Part shown: positions 11,498 to 24,700 of the stretch, in pieces
How positions within the stretch are numbered: position 1 is the stretch's first letter
Layout of the letters: every line of letters begins with the position of its first letter
Assembly: GCF_964213995.1 (NCBI RefSeq)
Contig: NW_027590144.1
Location: forward strand, 1,054,001 to 1,118,000
DNA from: Mustelus asterias
Taxonomy: Eukaryota
Direction: 5' to 3'
Length of the DNA stretch: 64,000 nucleotides
The notes under the pieces: generated by a model
The model's input: only the letters and a program-made list of their open reading frames with translations
Database searches by the model: none
Told to the model about the DNA's origin: nothing
Translations under genes and position numbers: made by a program

Positions 11498-11825
11498 AGG
11501 GCGGCACGGTGTCATATTGGTTAGCCCTGCTGCCTCACAACGCCAGGGACCCGGGTTCAATTCCGTCCTCAGGTCACTGTCTTTGTGGAGTTTGCAGTTT
11601 CTCTCCTTGTCTGTGTGGATTTCCTCCGGGTACTCTGGTATCCTCCTGCAGTCCGAACATGTGCAGCTCAGGTTGATTGGCCATGCTGAATTAACCCTTG
11701 TGTCAGGGGCATTAGTGGGGTTAATATGAGGGGTCACGGGAATAGGGCCTGGTTAGGATTGAGGTCGCTCCAGACTCGATGGGCTCAATGGTCTCACTCT
11801 GCACTGTAGATTCTTTGTTCCATGA
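11498..11825 (+). mobile_element. HE1-like V-SINE, full length
   Basis: gggcggcacggt..gggacccgggttcaattcc..V-domain..CR1-type tail. Confidence 0.85.
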
Positions 11826-12239
11826 ATAATTAATCTGGATCTTAAGATTCTATACCGTCACATTAGACATTTTACATTATATATAACATTAGATACACGT
11901 CCTTTCAGTTGTACAGTCACTTTAAAAATGGTTACACACTCCAGTTATATATCAGGGATTTATGTGTGATGATGAGGTGATTACGTGTCAATAAAGCGCA
12001 GAGGCTGCTGGGTAGCTGCTCATTATCCTCGGTGTGATTTAATTCAACTTCCCAGTGAATTCTGGGACAGATTTGATTCTTTGGTGACAGAAAGGCCAAA
12101 GTGACCTCAATAAATTTGAATCTCAATAAACTACAATAAATAAACTGCAATTATATTTGTACCAAATAAAATGCTGAAAATAATTTGTGAAATATTTATT
12201 TGTTCTTGTGATTTGGAGATTATTAGTAATATGAGCGCC

Positions 12240-13190
12240 AGGAAATGACCATCTCCAAAAAGAGAGAATCTACCCATTGCTCCTTGTCATTCAATTATAT
12301 TACGATACTGAATCACCCACTATAAACATCGTCGGGGTTACCATTGGCTAATCGCTGAACTAACTCGATATATAAATGCTCCGGCTGGAATATCAGGTCA
12401 GCTTGCTGTGAGTAACTCACCTTCTGACTCCCCAAACCTGTCCACCACCTATAAAACTACAACTCAGGAGTGTAATAGAGTTCTTTCCACTTGCTTGAAT
12501 GAGTGCAGCTCAAACAACATTCAAAAAGCTTTATAGCATTCAGGAAAACGCAGGCGGCTTGACTAGCATAGCATTTGCAAATGCTCACTCCCTCCACCAC
12601 CGACAAACAACAGCAGCATTATACACCATCTACGGTTTCCTCCGGGTGCTCCGGTTTCCTCCCACAGTCCAAAGATGTGCGGGTTAAGTTGATTGGCCAT
12701 GCTAAAAATTGCCCTTAGTGTCCCGGGATGCGTAGGTTAGAGGGATTAGTGAGTAAATATGGAGGGATATGGGGGTAGGGCCTGGGTGGGATTGTGGTCG
12801 GTGCAGACTCGATGGGCCGAATGGCCTCTTTCTGTGCTGTAGGGTTTCTAGGTTTCTAAGTTTCTAAGTATCTACAAGTTTCACTTCAGGAACTCATTAG
12901 GCAACACCTTCCAACCACAGGACTGTTACCAGTTGGAAGGACAGGGGTAAGAGTTACCTGGGAATATCACCTGTAAATTCCACTCCAAGTCAGTCATAGA
13001 GCTGACTTCGAAAAATATCGCCCTTCCTTCACTGTCGCTCGATTGAAATCCTGGAACACCCTCTGTAACAGCACTGTGTGAGTACATACACCACAGGCTT
13101 CACAGCAATTCACGAAGGTAGCTCACCACCAGCTTACTAAGAGCAATTAGGGATCGGCAACAACTTTTGACCTAGCCAGCAACGATCACA
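12240..13190 (+). mobile_element. Old CR1-clade LINE 3' fragment with a young 5'-truncated HE1 SINE inserted (~12632-12870)
   Basis: Homologous to 16670-17400 and 52547-53200; SINE V-domain and (tttctaag)n tail. Confidence 0.75.
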
Positions 13191-13330
13191 TCACTTAAAT
13201 TAAAACGTAAATATATTAATGTCTATGAATGGTTGGTAACTGGCGTACAAAATTATGCAACTTTGTGAATGGATGGCAATTGGTGAAAATAAATACCAAT
13301 TCTGTGAATATTTATGATCTTCTCTTTCTT

Positions 13331-13845
13331 AATGGAAGATAGGATGCACTCCACAGGAGATGCTTGATTCAAAAGCACAACACTACCCGGAAAAAAAGCC
13401 GCCAGAGGACACTGCAACAACTACAGATATATATACATCATTGCCAGTGACACATCTGAAAACATTCATCTGTTTGAAGATCCGGATTATCCTGAAGCAC
13501 AATGTTGTGTTTTTAATGGAAGATTGACTCTGGAAAATATCTGCTTCATATTCCCAATGTACCTATCTTTACCTTCATCAATCTCATCAAGACATTCAAC
13601 ACCGGTAGGAGAGCAGGGACTACCATACTTGGGAAAAAGTCGCACTCCATCAGGACTCCTCGGTCTCATTCATGACACAGAAAACGACAACATAAAACCA
13701 CAATTGGTAGCTTCATGGGCAGCATTTGTAACAGAGCCAACCTCTCAAAAATTGTCCTTCTCAGTCATCAACAAAGGTGACATTTGAAAAAGAAACCACT
13801 CTGAAATTGATGTGTTTACTCTGTGTCTATTTTTTATTTTAAATG
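13331..13845 (+). mobile_element. Fossil hAT transposase fragment
   Basis: RMHST/EMLDS resembles TRWNST..ML; YLGKSRTPSGLLGLIHDTENDNIKPQLVASWAAFVTEPTSQKLSFS..*KRNHS..LFFILN keeps hAT dimerisation-domain spacing (YL..R.P..L..EN..P.L..P.S..FS..KRN). Confidence 0.5.
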
Positions 13846-14434
13846 GAAGGACGCCGGTTATCATTGTGAAATTGATTTGTAAACAATATGACGTTTTTCA
13901 GACAACGCACACACACACACGCACACACACACACATTTTCCTGCAACTTAAGACTCCATCTTTGCTTCCTGGGGGGCTTAAGAGACAATTACCCCAACTA
14001 TCTTTCAGATGGAATGAAGAACAAATACATTTTCCCCAGCACCATGTTTGCTGAACTGAACATTAAAGGTCCCATTGTCTCCAACAGCGCCCTGGTCAGC
14101 ATTCCTCCTTCTAACCAAAATGAACAAACATACATTACCATGGATTGAGGCATTATGCTTCGATGCTGACCTGGCATCATAGGAACATAGGAGCAGAAGT
14201 TCCCCTCCAAGCCACTCACCATCCTGACTTGGAAATATATCGCCGTTCCTTCACAATCGCTCAGTCAAAATCCTTAAATTTCCTCCCTAACGGCATTGTG
14301 GGTCTACCCACAGAACATGTACTGCAGCGATTCAAGAAGGCAACTCACCATAACCTTCTCAAGGGCAACTAGGTATGGGGAATAAATGTTGACCAGCCAG
14401 CGAAGCCCATGTCCCAAGAATGAATAAAAAAAGC

Positions 14435-15170
14435 AGACGCAGGCCATTCAGCCTCTCGAACTCGCCCGCCATTCATAAGATCATCGCTGATCTGTGGCCA
14501 AACCCTATGTACCTGCGCTTGGCCCATATCCCTTGATACCCCTGTTCAATAAAAAAATCGATCTCAGAGATAAATCTAACAATTGAACCAGCACCCACTT
14601 GCCTTTGCGGAAGAGAATTCCAAAAGTCCACCACTCTCTGTGCGTAGAAATACTTTCCATCAACTCTCCTGAACGGCTTGGCCCTGTTTTTTTAAAATTA
14701 TGGCCCTTTATTCTAGAGCCTGCAACTTATTGATCCGCCCGATCCTACCCGTAAATATTTTGTAGATTTTTGTCAGAACACCCCTCAACCTTCTGAATTC
14801 GAGAGGAAAAGTCCCAATTTGTCTAATTTCTCCTCGCAACTTTACCCCTAAAGGCCAGGTCTAATTCTTGTGAACGTGCGTTCAACTCCCTCCAGGACCA
14901 AAATCTTTGCAAAGGTGTGGTGCCCAAACCTGTGCACAGTACTCCAGGTGGGCTCTAACCAGGATTTTGCATAATTGCAGCATTTCATCTGCATCCCTAT
15001 ACTCCAGTCCTTTAGATACAAAGGCCAGAATTCTGTTGACCTGCTTGACTATTTTTTGCATCAGTTCGTGGCATTTTAAGAAGCTATTCACTTGAACACC
15101 CAAATCTCGCTGGGCATCCACTAAATTTTACTTTCTGCCTTCTAAAAACTACCTTGATCTATCATTTGGA
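14435..15170 (-). mobile_element. CR1 3' fragment
   Basis: QRDLGVQV, HLEYCAQVWAP. Confidence 0.85.
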
Positions 15171-15589
15171 TTATTTGACTTTTTGTGGCACTATCTAAGC
15201 CGTTATGAATATTGTAAATAATTGAGACCTCAAGACAGATTCCTGCGGGACACAACTTAACCTGTATTATTCAGCAACGTACATCTCATCTATAATTCGT
15301 TGCACCTTAAATTTGAGCACTTTCCGCAGAAGGAGATGTGATCTTACATTTATGAATGTGAATTCTTTGTATATTACTCGCATAAATCATACCTGACAGC
15401 GATATATTTACAGTAACTGTAATTGCAGAATTTTGCCAGCAGATGGAATTGGCACCTTGATGGTTTACATTACATGAAGAAGGCACTGCCTCAATAAATA
15501 CTACACTGGACCCTAACTTTGCAGTTCTGCCACATGCAGTCCTGAATGGTGATGGACATTTAAACAAGTAACTGCAGCAGGAGTCTCAA

Positions 15590-17400
15590 ATGAAAGCCCC
15601 ATTCTTAATGATGGGGGAGCTCTGCAAAAGGGAAAAGAAACAAGACTGAAACAATTGCTACCATCTTCACCCAGAAGATGTTCCATCTCGGCCTCTCCCT
15701 GATGCCCCGAACATCACAGATGCCAGTCTCCAAGGAGGTCAACTCATTCAGCATGATAACATGGAGGATAGGAATAGGAGTAGACCATTCAGCTCCTGGA
15801 GCCCGCTCCGCCATGCAATATGATCATGATTGATCTGTGGGCCTAACCCTGTGCTGAAAGCATTGGATACTGCAAAGATTATGGATCCTGACAATATTTC
15901 AGCAATAATAATAACGATTTGTGCTCTGGAGCTAGCTGAGCCTTAGCCAATCTATTCAAGTATAGCTACATCACGGTCACATACACAACAGTGTGAGAAT
16001 TGGCAGACATGACCTGTTTCAGAAGGTAGGACAAACCCAACCCGACCAACTACCGCCCAATGCGTCCTCACTCGATCAACGTAATGGGAACTATGAAGGA
16101 TCATCTAAAAAAGTAAGAATAATATAATAATAACAATGCTGCTACAACTACAAATTCTGCTCAATGAGGCTCTGTTTGGGTCCCACTCGGAGCACTCAGT
16201 TCCAGAACTCACTGAAGCTTAGCCCAAATATAGTGGAAATAGCTGCTTTAATGAGGTGAGGTGAGAGTGCCGGCCCTCGGCATCAACGCAGCACTTGACC
16301 GATTGTGGCATCAAGAAGCCCGAGCAAAGCTGCAGTCAATGGGGATCCGGGGAAAAAAAAACATTCCACTGGCTTCAGTCATACCGAGCACAGAGTAAGA
16401 TGGTTGTGGCTGTTGAAAGCCAATCATCTCAGTCACAGGGCATTTGCTGAAGGAACTCCTCAGGATAGTGCCCTCGGCCTAATATTCACGCTTCAATACA
16501 AGCTCAGAAGTGGGACGTTCACTGATGATTGCACGATGTTCAGCACATTTACAACTTCTCAGATACTGAAGCACTCCGTGTCCGTAAGCAGAAAGACTTA
16601 GAAAACATTCAGGTTTTGGCTGTGAAGTGGCATGTGAAATTCGCGCCACCCAAGTGACAGGCAATGACCCTTTCAGGTAAGGGAGATTGCAATCATCTCC
16701 GCTTGCCATTAATGGAATGACTACAGCCGAAACCCCACTATCATCATTCTGGGAATTGCCATTGATGGAAAATTGAACTGGGACAGCCATGTAAATAATA
16801 TTGCTACAAAAGCAGGTCAGATGCTGGGAATTGTGCGCTAAGTAACTCACCTCCAGATTTCCCAAACCTATCCATCATATAAAGGCAAAAGTCAGGATTG
16901 TGATTGAATATTCTCCACTTGCCTGGCGTATGGTCCTGAACCAACCCCCAAAAAGCTCGAAACCACCCAGTAAAAAGCAGGCGGCTGGATGGACACCCCA
17001 CCAACCACTTTAAACATTCACTCTCTGCATCACAGATGTACAACTCTAGTCGTGTGACCCATATACAACTTGTGTAGCAGCAACATAATCCTTTGGTAGC
17101 AACTTCCAAACACATTAACTCTGACACTAAAATGGCAAGGGCAGCAGATGCATGAGAACACAATCATCTGCAAATGCCCATAAAACCTCCACACCGTCTT
17201 GACTGGGATCTATATCACTATTTTTTCAGTGTCAATGGATGAAAATCTTGCAACTCCTTTCCTATCAGCACTGTATGTGTACTTACTCATATGGAATGCA
17301 ATGATTTAAGAAGAGGGCTCACCAGCACATTCTCAAAGGAAAAATTATAAGTGGCAACAAATCCTACTTTACCAGTGACACCAAAACCTCATGAAATGAT
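15590..17400 (+). mobile_element. Old CR1-clade LINE ORF2 fragment
   Basis: LKALDTAK..PDNI, NYRP, GTPQDSALG, FTDDCT motifs with stops and frameshifts. Confidence 0.8.
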
Positions 17401-17608
17401 TTTGAACATGTCATATCTCTGATTACGTTCAACTGGCCCCCACGTCTGTTTGTATTGCAACAGGCCATGTCCCAATCACATTACAGCATGTCCTGTCTCT
17501 GTTGTTTCTCTACTCGGCTCATTATCAGTTGTTCATAAGTGAAGCCAAGGCCTGTTTTAACGATGGTTTCTGAATTATGACTGTGCTGAAATATGTTTCA
17601 GTTAATCA

Positions 17609-17895
17609 GGGCGGCACGATGGCACAGTGCCAGGGACCCGGGTTCAATTCCCAACTTGGGTGACTGTCTGTGTGGAGTCGGCACGTTATCCTTGTGTCTG
17701 CGTGGGTTTCCTCCGGGTGCTCCGGTTCCCACTCACCGTCCGAAGGAGGTGCTGGTTTCGTGCATTTGGGCCATGATAAATTCTCCCTCAGTGTACTCAA
17801 ACAGGCGCCGGAGTGTGACCACTCGGGGTTCTTCACAGTAACTTCATTGCAGTGTGAATGTAAGCCTACTTATGACACCAATAAATAAGCTTTAA
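17609..17895 (+). mobile_element. HE1-like V-SINE with alternative tail
   Basis: V-domain plus ..cacagtaacttcattgcagtg..aataaataa tail; absent from duplicate copy 1. Confidence 0.8.
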
Positions 17896-19049
17896 ATCTT
17901 CAATCTGGGAAGAGACTGTGTCTCAATTCCGACTGCATCAGAACCTGTATCTGTCACTCCTATACTGGAGCAACATCCTTCTTGCGTTACACAAGTTTCG
18001 GTCACTGTCATTACTCTAATGGTTCATTAGATCTAATAAACTCGACACTGTTTTAGTTAATGCTGCACGAGTGCATGTATTTGTTTATTCAACACTGTGC
18101 CCTGCCTCTGTTATTATTGCATCATGTGATCCTTCTAATTTGCTGCATTGTCCATATCTCAGTGTATGCCAGTCTAGATCACATATTAATAATTATTACC
18201 AATGCACTATCCTTTTTCTGAGTTCATATCAGTCTAAATATCGTATCTCTAATCATTAACAACACAGTAAATTCTGTCTCAGTTTTTATCAGTCTAGGTA
18301 CTGCTTCAGTAATGACCATTAACACGCTGGCCTCTGTCTCAGTTTATGTCAGTCCAGAATCTGTATCAGTAATTACTGCTAATGCGCTAAGCTCTGCCTC
18401 AGTTAATATCGGTTCAGGCCTGTATCAGTAATTGACACGATGTGTCTCAGTTTATATCGCGCAAGTTCCTGCATTCGGTTAAATTGCACTAGACACCATC
18501 TCAGTTTTTCTTGTACTCGTTGATGTCATCCATATTTTTTAAATATTTCTTTCATGGGATGTGGGTGTCTCTGGAAAGGCCAGTATTTTGCCTTTAACTT
18601 CCCACAAAGCACTCGGCACGACCTCATTTCTATTTCACTGCATAAGGCCTCTGTTTATATTAAAATAGATCCTGTCTCTGTTAATACTCCGCTTGACCGG
18701 AGCTTAGTTTATGATGCACTAGACCCAATCCCTGTTTATATGACATTTGACCCTGACTCTGTCTATATTTCGCGAGACCAGGTCACTGTTGATACTGCAG
18801 TATAGTATGCCTCTGTCTGAACTATGGCTCCATTAACATTACTCCACGGTTCTGTGAGGTAGAGAGATAATATAATGCATAAATATGCTGGGCTAAAAAA
18901 TCTGAATTGAAACGGAAAGTATTGGATCGAGAGTGTATGCTGCGCAGGATTTGATATCGATTTTCAATGCAGTCAGTAGAATGAGCTTTCAAATATCACT
19001 TCTTCTTTTCCAGTTCCCAAGACTAGTCTCCATCCGTCAGAGTTGTACC

Positions 19050-19155
19050 CCCACTCACCTGAAGAAGGGGCTCAGAGCCTCGAAAGCTTGTGTGGCTTTT
19101 GCTACCAAATAAACCTGTTGGACTTTAACCTGGTGTTGTTAAACTTCTTACTATA
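19050..19155 (+). mobile_element. Penelope-like terminal fragment
   Basis: cacctgaagaagggg..cgaaagcttg..aataaacctgttggactttaacctggtgttg. Confidence 0.5.
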
Positions 19156-20420
19156 GGAGGATGCAGAGTATCATGTTCCCATAGCCACTTTTCACATTAT
19201 TGCGCATTATCCAGTACAGTAATAACTGAGTCCGTGCCCAATATAAAATGAACAAAGAACAACAAAGAACAAAGAACAATACAGCACAGGAACAGGCCCT
19301 TCAGCCCTCCAAGCCCGCGCCGCTCCCCGGTCCAGGATTGAATCCTGAATCCAGGATCCCCGCCCAATTTTCCAGCCTATCTACATACCAATATCCTATC
19401 CACCGAGCTGTCCCTCACAGCTACGATGCTTTGTTCATTACAACCTATTAACTCACCCCCACCCCCCCATTCCAGACCATGTGATCTCCAGGGAGAGGCG
19501 AAAACCCAGAGTGAAAAACCCCAGGGCCAATATGGTCAACATGAACATGAACATGGTCAAGTGCAGAACTAAGACCGCATCCAGTTTAGTACAGAGACAG
19601 GTCTACATTAATAAAAGCAGAGTCATTGTCGATCTCAATATGAACAGAGACATGGTGACGTGTAATATTAACAGAGACAGCATCTAGTTTATTATAAACA
19701 GAAAGTACGTCTAGTGTAATGTGAACAGAGACAAAATCTTCTTTAATATAAACCGAAACAGGGATTAGTTAATTTAACATCAGCAGAGACAGGTCACAGA
19801 TGAGTGCAATATAGAGACAGGGCCTAGAGTCCCATCAAACATTCCAAGGTCAGGTGTAGCATGTGGTTAGGCTCCGAATGTAAAGCTCCCTCCACAGTGC
19901 AACATTAAACACTCCCAAGCAGGTGTAGCGCGGGATAGATAAAAAGTGAAACTCCATCCACACTATCTCAATCAAGCATTTCCAGCAAATGAAGACTGTT
20001 TAGAAACAGTAAAAACCTCTCTACACTGTCCATTGAAACAATTGGACGCTGGGACAGAAAGGGTTAGATACAGGGAATGATCAGGAGAAAAGCTCCCTCT
20101 GTAGATTGAATTAAATCCATTTAGTTAGAGACCTGAAAATAGGCCTGAGAGAATACATTAGCTGGAGTTTGACTTGAAGTTGTTGAGTAAAAACAATGAC
20201 CCATCATGGAGAGACAAAACAAGACACAGAATCAGAGAGGAGAAAGACAAAGAGAGATAAAGCACATTAAATCGCCGCAAATATATTTGCCGTGTCCTTA
20301 TATTTTGTGATTAGAGGGAATCTTTCTTAATTTTGAACATAGATAATCATAGCTTGTTTTGCGTATATAACTGATGAAAAAATATGTCCAAAAACAATCA
20401 CGACTGAAATCCAATGATTG

Positions 20421-20620
20421 ATTTGCATGTTTGTCTCTATTTCTGTGCTGTGTTGATGGGGAAATATTTGTTGTGTTTTTGTCAATCAATAAATCTAATC
20501 TGGGATTTCTATTTCTGTGTTTATTAACATAAACACCTCACTGGTTACAATGAGATGTTCATGGCAGCAAAACCAGATAAACCGTCATTTATTCATTAGT
20601 TTCAATTCAAAATAGCGGTT
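20421..20620. promoter_or_regulatory. Conserved non-coding block with octamer, copy 2
   Basis: ATTTGCAT 20421-20428; ~93% identical to 3382-3580. Confidence 0.5.
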
Positions 20621-21741
20621 TCTTTAAAGTATATTGACAGCAGGTTCAAAATCAATAGAAGCTTCGTGAATACCCATTTGACCAGACGCTATTTAATTCA
20701 AATAAAAAAATTAGACATGTTAAAACATCAGGCAGAGGAGTGACGATAATCGCATTAATCGCAGATCTTTTAACATATCAATTCTTGCATTTTATAATAA
20801 CATTTGGAAAGGCCTTGCATTTTTATAACGCTTTACCTGACCTTAGGTCGTCCCAAACCATTTAAAACTCACTGATATATTTTGCTGAAGTTATTCACTG
20901 CTGTAATATTGGACAGACAGCAAGTATTTGGTGCACAGCAAGCTCCCACAAAGCGAGATGTGGTAAACGAACAGTCATTTTGTGATTTTAGTTGAGGAAT
21001 GAGTGGCCAGGATACTGGGCAGGACAGTCCTGTTATATTGAATTTTATCAATGAGATTTTACGTTCTGTCATCGGCCTGAAATAAGAATCTGTTTCACCC
21101 ACTGCTAATGCCCGCTGACCTGCCTTTTTTGTTGTTTTACTTTTAGATTTCCGGAATTCGCAGCAGTTTGCACTGTTCTATTCATTCTCTGGATATGGGC
21201 ATCACTGACAAAGCCAGCATTTATTGCCCATCCTGAGAAGGCGGTTGCGAACTACCGTTTTGAAATTATTGCCCTCTGGTCGGTTTTATTTGTGTTTGAC
21301 TTTCTGCAGCAGCTTTGAAACACCTGAATGGCTGTTTTGACAATTTCAGAGGCACGTAAGGGTCAGCTTCATCACTGTGGAACTGGAGTCACATGTAGGA
21401 CAGACAGGCTAAACATAGCTTTTTTTATTGATTCGTGGGCCTTGCACATTACTGGCTGGCCACCATTTGTTGCCCATCTCTAGTTGCCCGTGGAGGGCAG
21501 TTGAGAGTCAACCACATTGCTGTGACTCTGGAGTCACATGGAGGTCAAACAAGGTAAGAACGGCAGATGTCGTTCCCTAAAGAGGCATGAATAAACTAGA
21601 TGGGTTTTTACAACTATCAACAATGGTCTCATAGTCATCAATAGATTCTTAATTCCAGATAGTTTTAATTGATTTCAAGTTCCACCATCTGCCGTGGCGG
21701 GATTTGAACTCAGGTCCTCAGAACATTGACTGAACATTAGG

Positions 21742-24700
21742 TACATAGAAATTAGGAGCCGGAGGAGGCCAGTCGAGCCTGATCCACCAGTCTTCATGAT
21801 TATGGGTTATTTCCTATCTCAAGGCCACATTATTGGATTCTGCCCACACCCCCTGATACCATTAAGATCTAATCACAGATCGATTTATTTCTTGAATCTA
21901 TTCAGTGGCATGACATCCAAAGCCTTCAGTGCTACAGGACTCCGTATGTTCACTAGCCTCTGAAGTGAATAAATATTTCCCCATTTCTGTCCTAAATTGG
22001 CTACCCTATGTCTTGAGACTGCATCCCTGGTTTGAGACTACCTAACCAGCGAAAACGTCCTTCCTTCATCTTGCCTGCCCAGCCCTGTTAGAATTCGTTT
22101 AATTATTCATAACTTCATTTATTATTAATGCACAAGTAGACATACACTGCAATGAAGTTACTTTGAAAAGGCCCTATGGCCACACTCCAGCGCCTGTTCA
22201 GGTACGCTGAGGGAAAATTTAGCATGGCCAATGCACCGAATCAGCACGTCTTTCGGACTGTGGGAGGAAAACGGAGCACCCGAAGGAAACCCACGCAGAT
22301 AATGTGCAGTCTCTGCACAGACAGTGACCCAAGGTGGGAATCGAACCCAGGTCCCTGGCATTGTAAAGCAGCCATGCCAGCCACTGTGCCACTGCATCGC
22401 CCTCATTTTTTATGCTTTGAATGTTGCAATCACAATTTTATGTATTTCAATCAGATCTCCTCTCATCCTTCTAAACTCGAGTGAATACATGAGGTGGAGA
22501 TGCTCGCGTTGCACTTGGGTGTGCACAGTAAGAAGTCTCGCAACGCCAGGTTAAAGTCCAACAGGTTCATTTGGAATCACGAGCTTTCCAAGCGCTGCTC
22601 GTTCATCACGTCAGTCAAGTGAATACAGGTCCGGTCGATGCAAGTTCGCCTTATAGGACAGTCCCACCAATGCGTGTATCAGCTGCACTCGCCAGAGACC
22701 CTTTCTTAGGTCGGGAGATCAAATCTACACGCATTACTCCAGATGTGGTCTTCTGAAGACCAGGCATTACTTCAGTAAGACTTCACTAATTCCGAACTCA
22801 AATCTTCTTGCAACGAAGGCCTTCCAAATTGCTTGCTGTACATACCTCTCCGATTTCATTGGTTGGTGTACAAGGATACCCAGATCCATTTGTACATCAC
22901 ACTTCCAAATATATATTGTTTTGTTCTTTGCACACGCATATAACTGTACATTTAGCCACGTTGTATTGCATCTGCCACATGTTCACCCATTCACACAACT
23001 TGTCCAGATCACATTGAACACCCTTGCATCCTCCTCACAGCTCACAAGTCACTGCATCCTCCTCATTGCTCACAGTTATATATCGCCAGCCGCTTAGGAC
23101 ATGTTACATTTGATTTCCTTATCCAGATCCCACGGTGGCACGGGGTCGGGGACCGGGTTCGCTTCCCGGCTTGGGTCATTTTCTGTACGGAGTCTGCACG
23201 TTCTCCCCGTGCTTACATGGACTTCTTCTGGGTGCCCCGGTTTCCTCCAACAATCCGAAGGACGTGCAGCTCAGGGACATTGGCCATGCTGAACTTTCCC
23301 TCAGTGTACCCGAACAGGCGCTGGAGTGTGGTGACTCGAGGTTTTTCACAGTAACTTCATTGCAGTGTTACCGTAAGCCGACATGTGACTAATAAATAAA
23401 TAATATAAGTTGGGATCATGAAGTACCCCACCAGTCGCTGACTGCCACTCGGAAAAAGACCCATGTATTTCCATTCTCTGTTTCTTGTCTGTCAACGAAT
23501 TCTACACAAATGTCAATACATTATTCCCTATCCCACGTGCTTTAATTTGACCTACTAATATTTTACGAGGAACCGTCTCAAATGTCTTCTGAAAGTGCAA
23601 ATGCACCACGTACATGCACGCTGACATAGGTAGGAAGACGGAAGGTGTAATGAAAAGAGAATATAGGGAGTTAGGTAGACAGTTGGGAAGGAGGAACGCA
23701 AAGGTAGTAATCTCAGGATTGTTGCCTGTGCCACGGGAAAGTGAGAGCAGGAATGGAGTGAGGTGGAGGATGAATGCGTGGCTGAGGGACTGGAGCGGGG
23801 GGCAGGGATTCAGTTTCCTGGATTATTGGGACCTCTTTAGGGGAAGGTGTGACCTGTACAAAAAAGACGGGTGGCACTTGAATCCCAGGGGGACAAATAT
23901 CCTGGCAGGAAGGTTGGCTAAGGCTACTGGGGAGGCTTTAAACTAGAAAGGTTGGGGGGAGGGAATCGTGGTGAGGTGACTGAGAGCGAGGAGGCTAGCT
24001 CGCAAATAGAGAAGGATTGTACACAGTGTAAGAGGGAGAATAGACGGGTGATGGGGAAGGGGAGAGCTCAAACCAAAGGTTTGAGATATGTCTATTTTAA
24101 TGCCAGGAGTGTAGTGAATAAAGTGGATGAGCTTAGAGTGTGGATCGATGCTTGGAAGTGTGATGTGGTGGCCATTACGGAGACTTGGGGACAGGGACAG
24201 GACTGGATACTTCAGGTGCCGGGTTTCAGATGTTTCAGAAAGGACAGACAGGGAGGCAAAAGAGGGGGGTGGGGAGTGGCACTGCTGATCAGGAATAGTG
24301 TCAGAGCTGCAGAGAATGTGGAAGCCGTGGAGGGATTGTCTACGGAGTCTCTGTGGGTGGAAGTTCGGAGCGGGAAGGGGTCGATAACTTTGCTGGGTGT
24401 TTTGTACAGGCCGCCCAATAGTAACAGGGATGTTGAGGAGCAGATAGGAAACAGATCCTGGAGAGATGTAGGAATAACAGGGTTGTCGTGATGGGAGACT
24501 TTAATTTCCCAAACATCGATTGGAATATCCATAGAGTAAGGGGTTTGGATGGGGAGGGGGTTGTTAGGTGTGTTCAGGAGGGTTGCCTGACACAGCATGT
24601 GGATAAGCCTACAAGAGGAGAGGCTGTACTCGACCTGGTACTGGCTAATGAGCCAGTACCAGATGTCGGATCTCTCAGTGGGAGAGCATCTTGGGGATAG

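Larger units (their letters stand above)
16490..21420 (+). repeat. Segmental duplication of 1-5078
   Basis: Colinear LINE fragment, inverted 28-bp arrays, 65-bp repeat, octamer block, Deu-SINE and SINE in the same order; copy-specific insertions differ. Confidence 0.85.

Noticed and set aside
11498-11570. tRNA-like heads of SINEs as tRNA genes
   Set aside because: They continue into the V-domain and LINE-derived tail, so they are SINEs.
13990-14100. FAELNIKGPIVSNSAL resembling V FR3
   Set aside because: No YYC, Trp41 or RSS.
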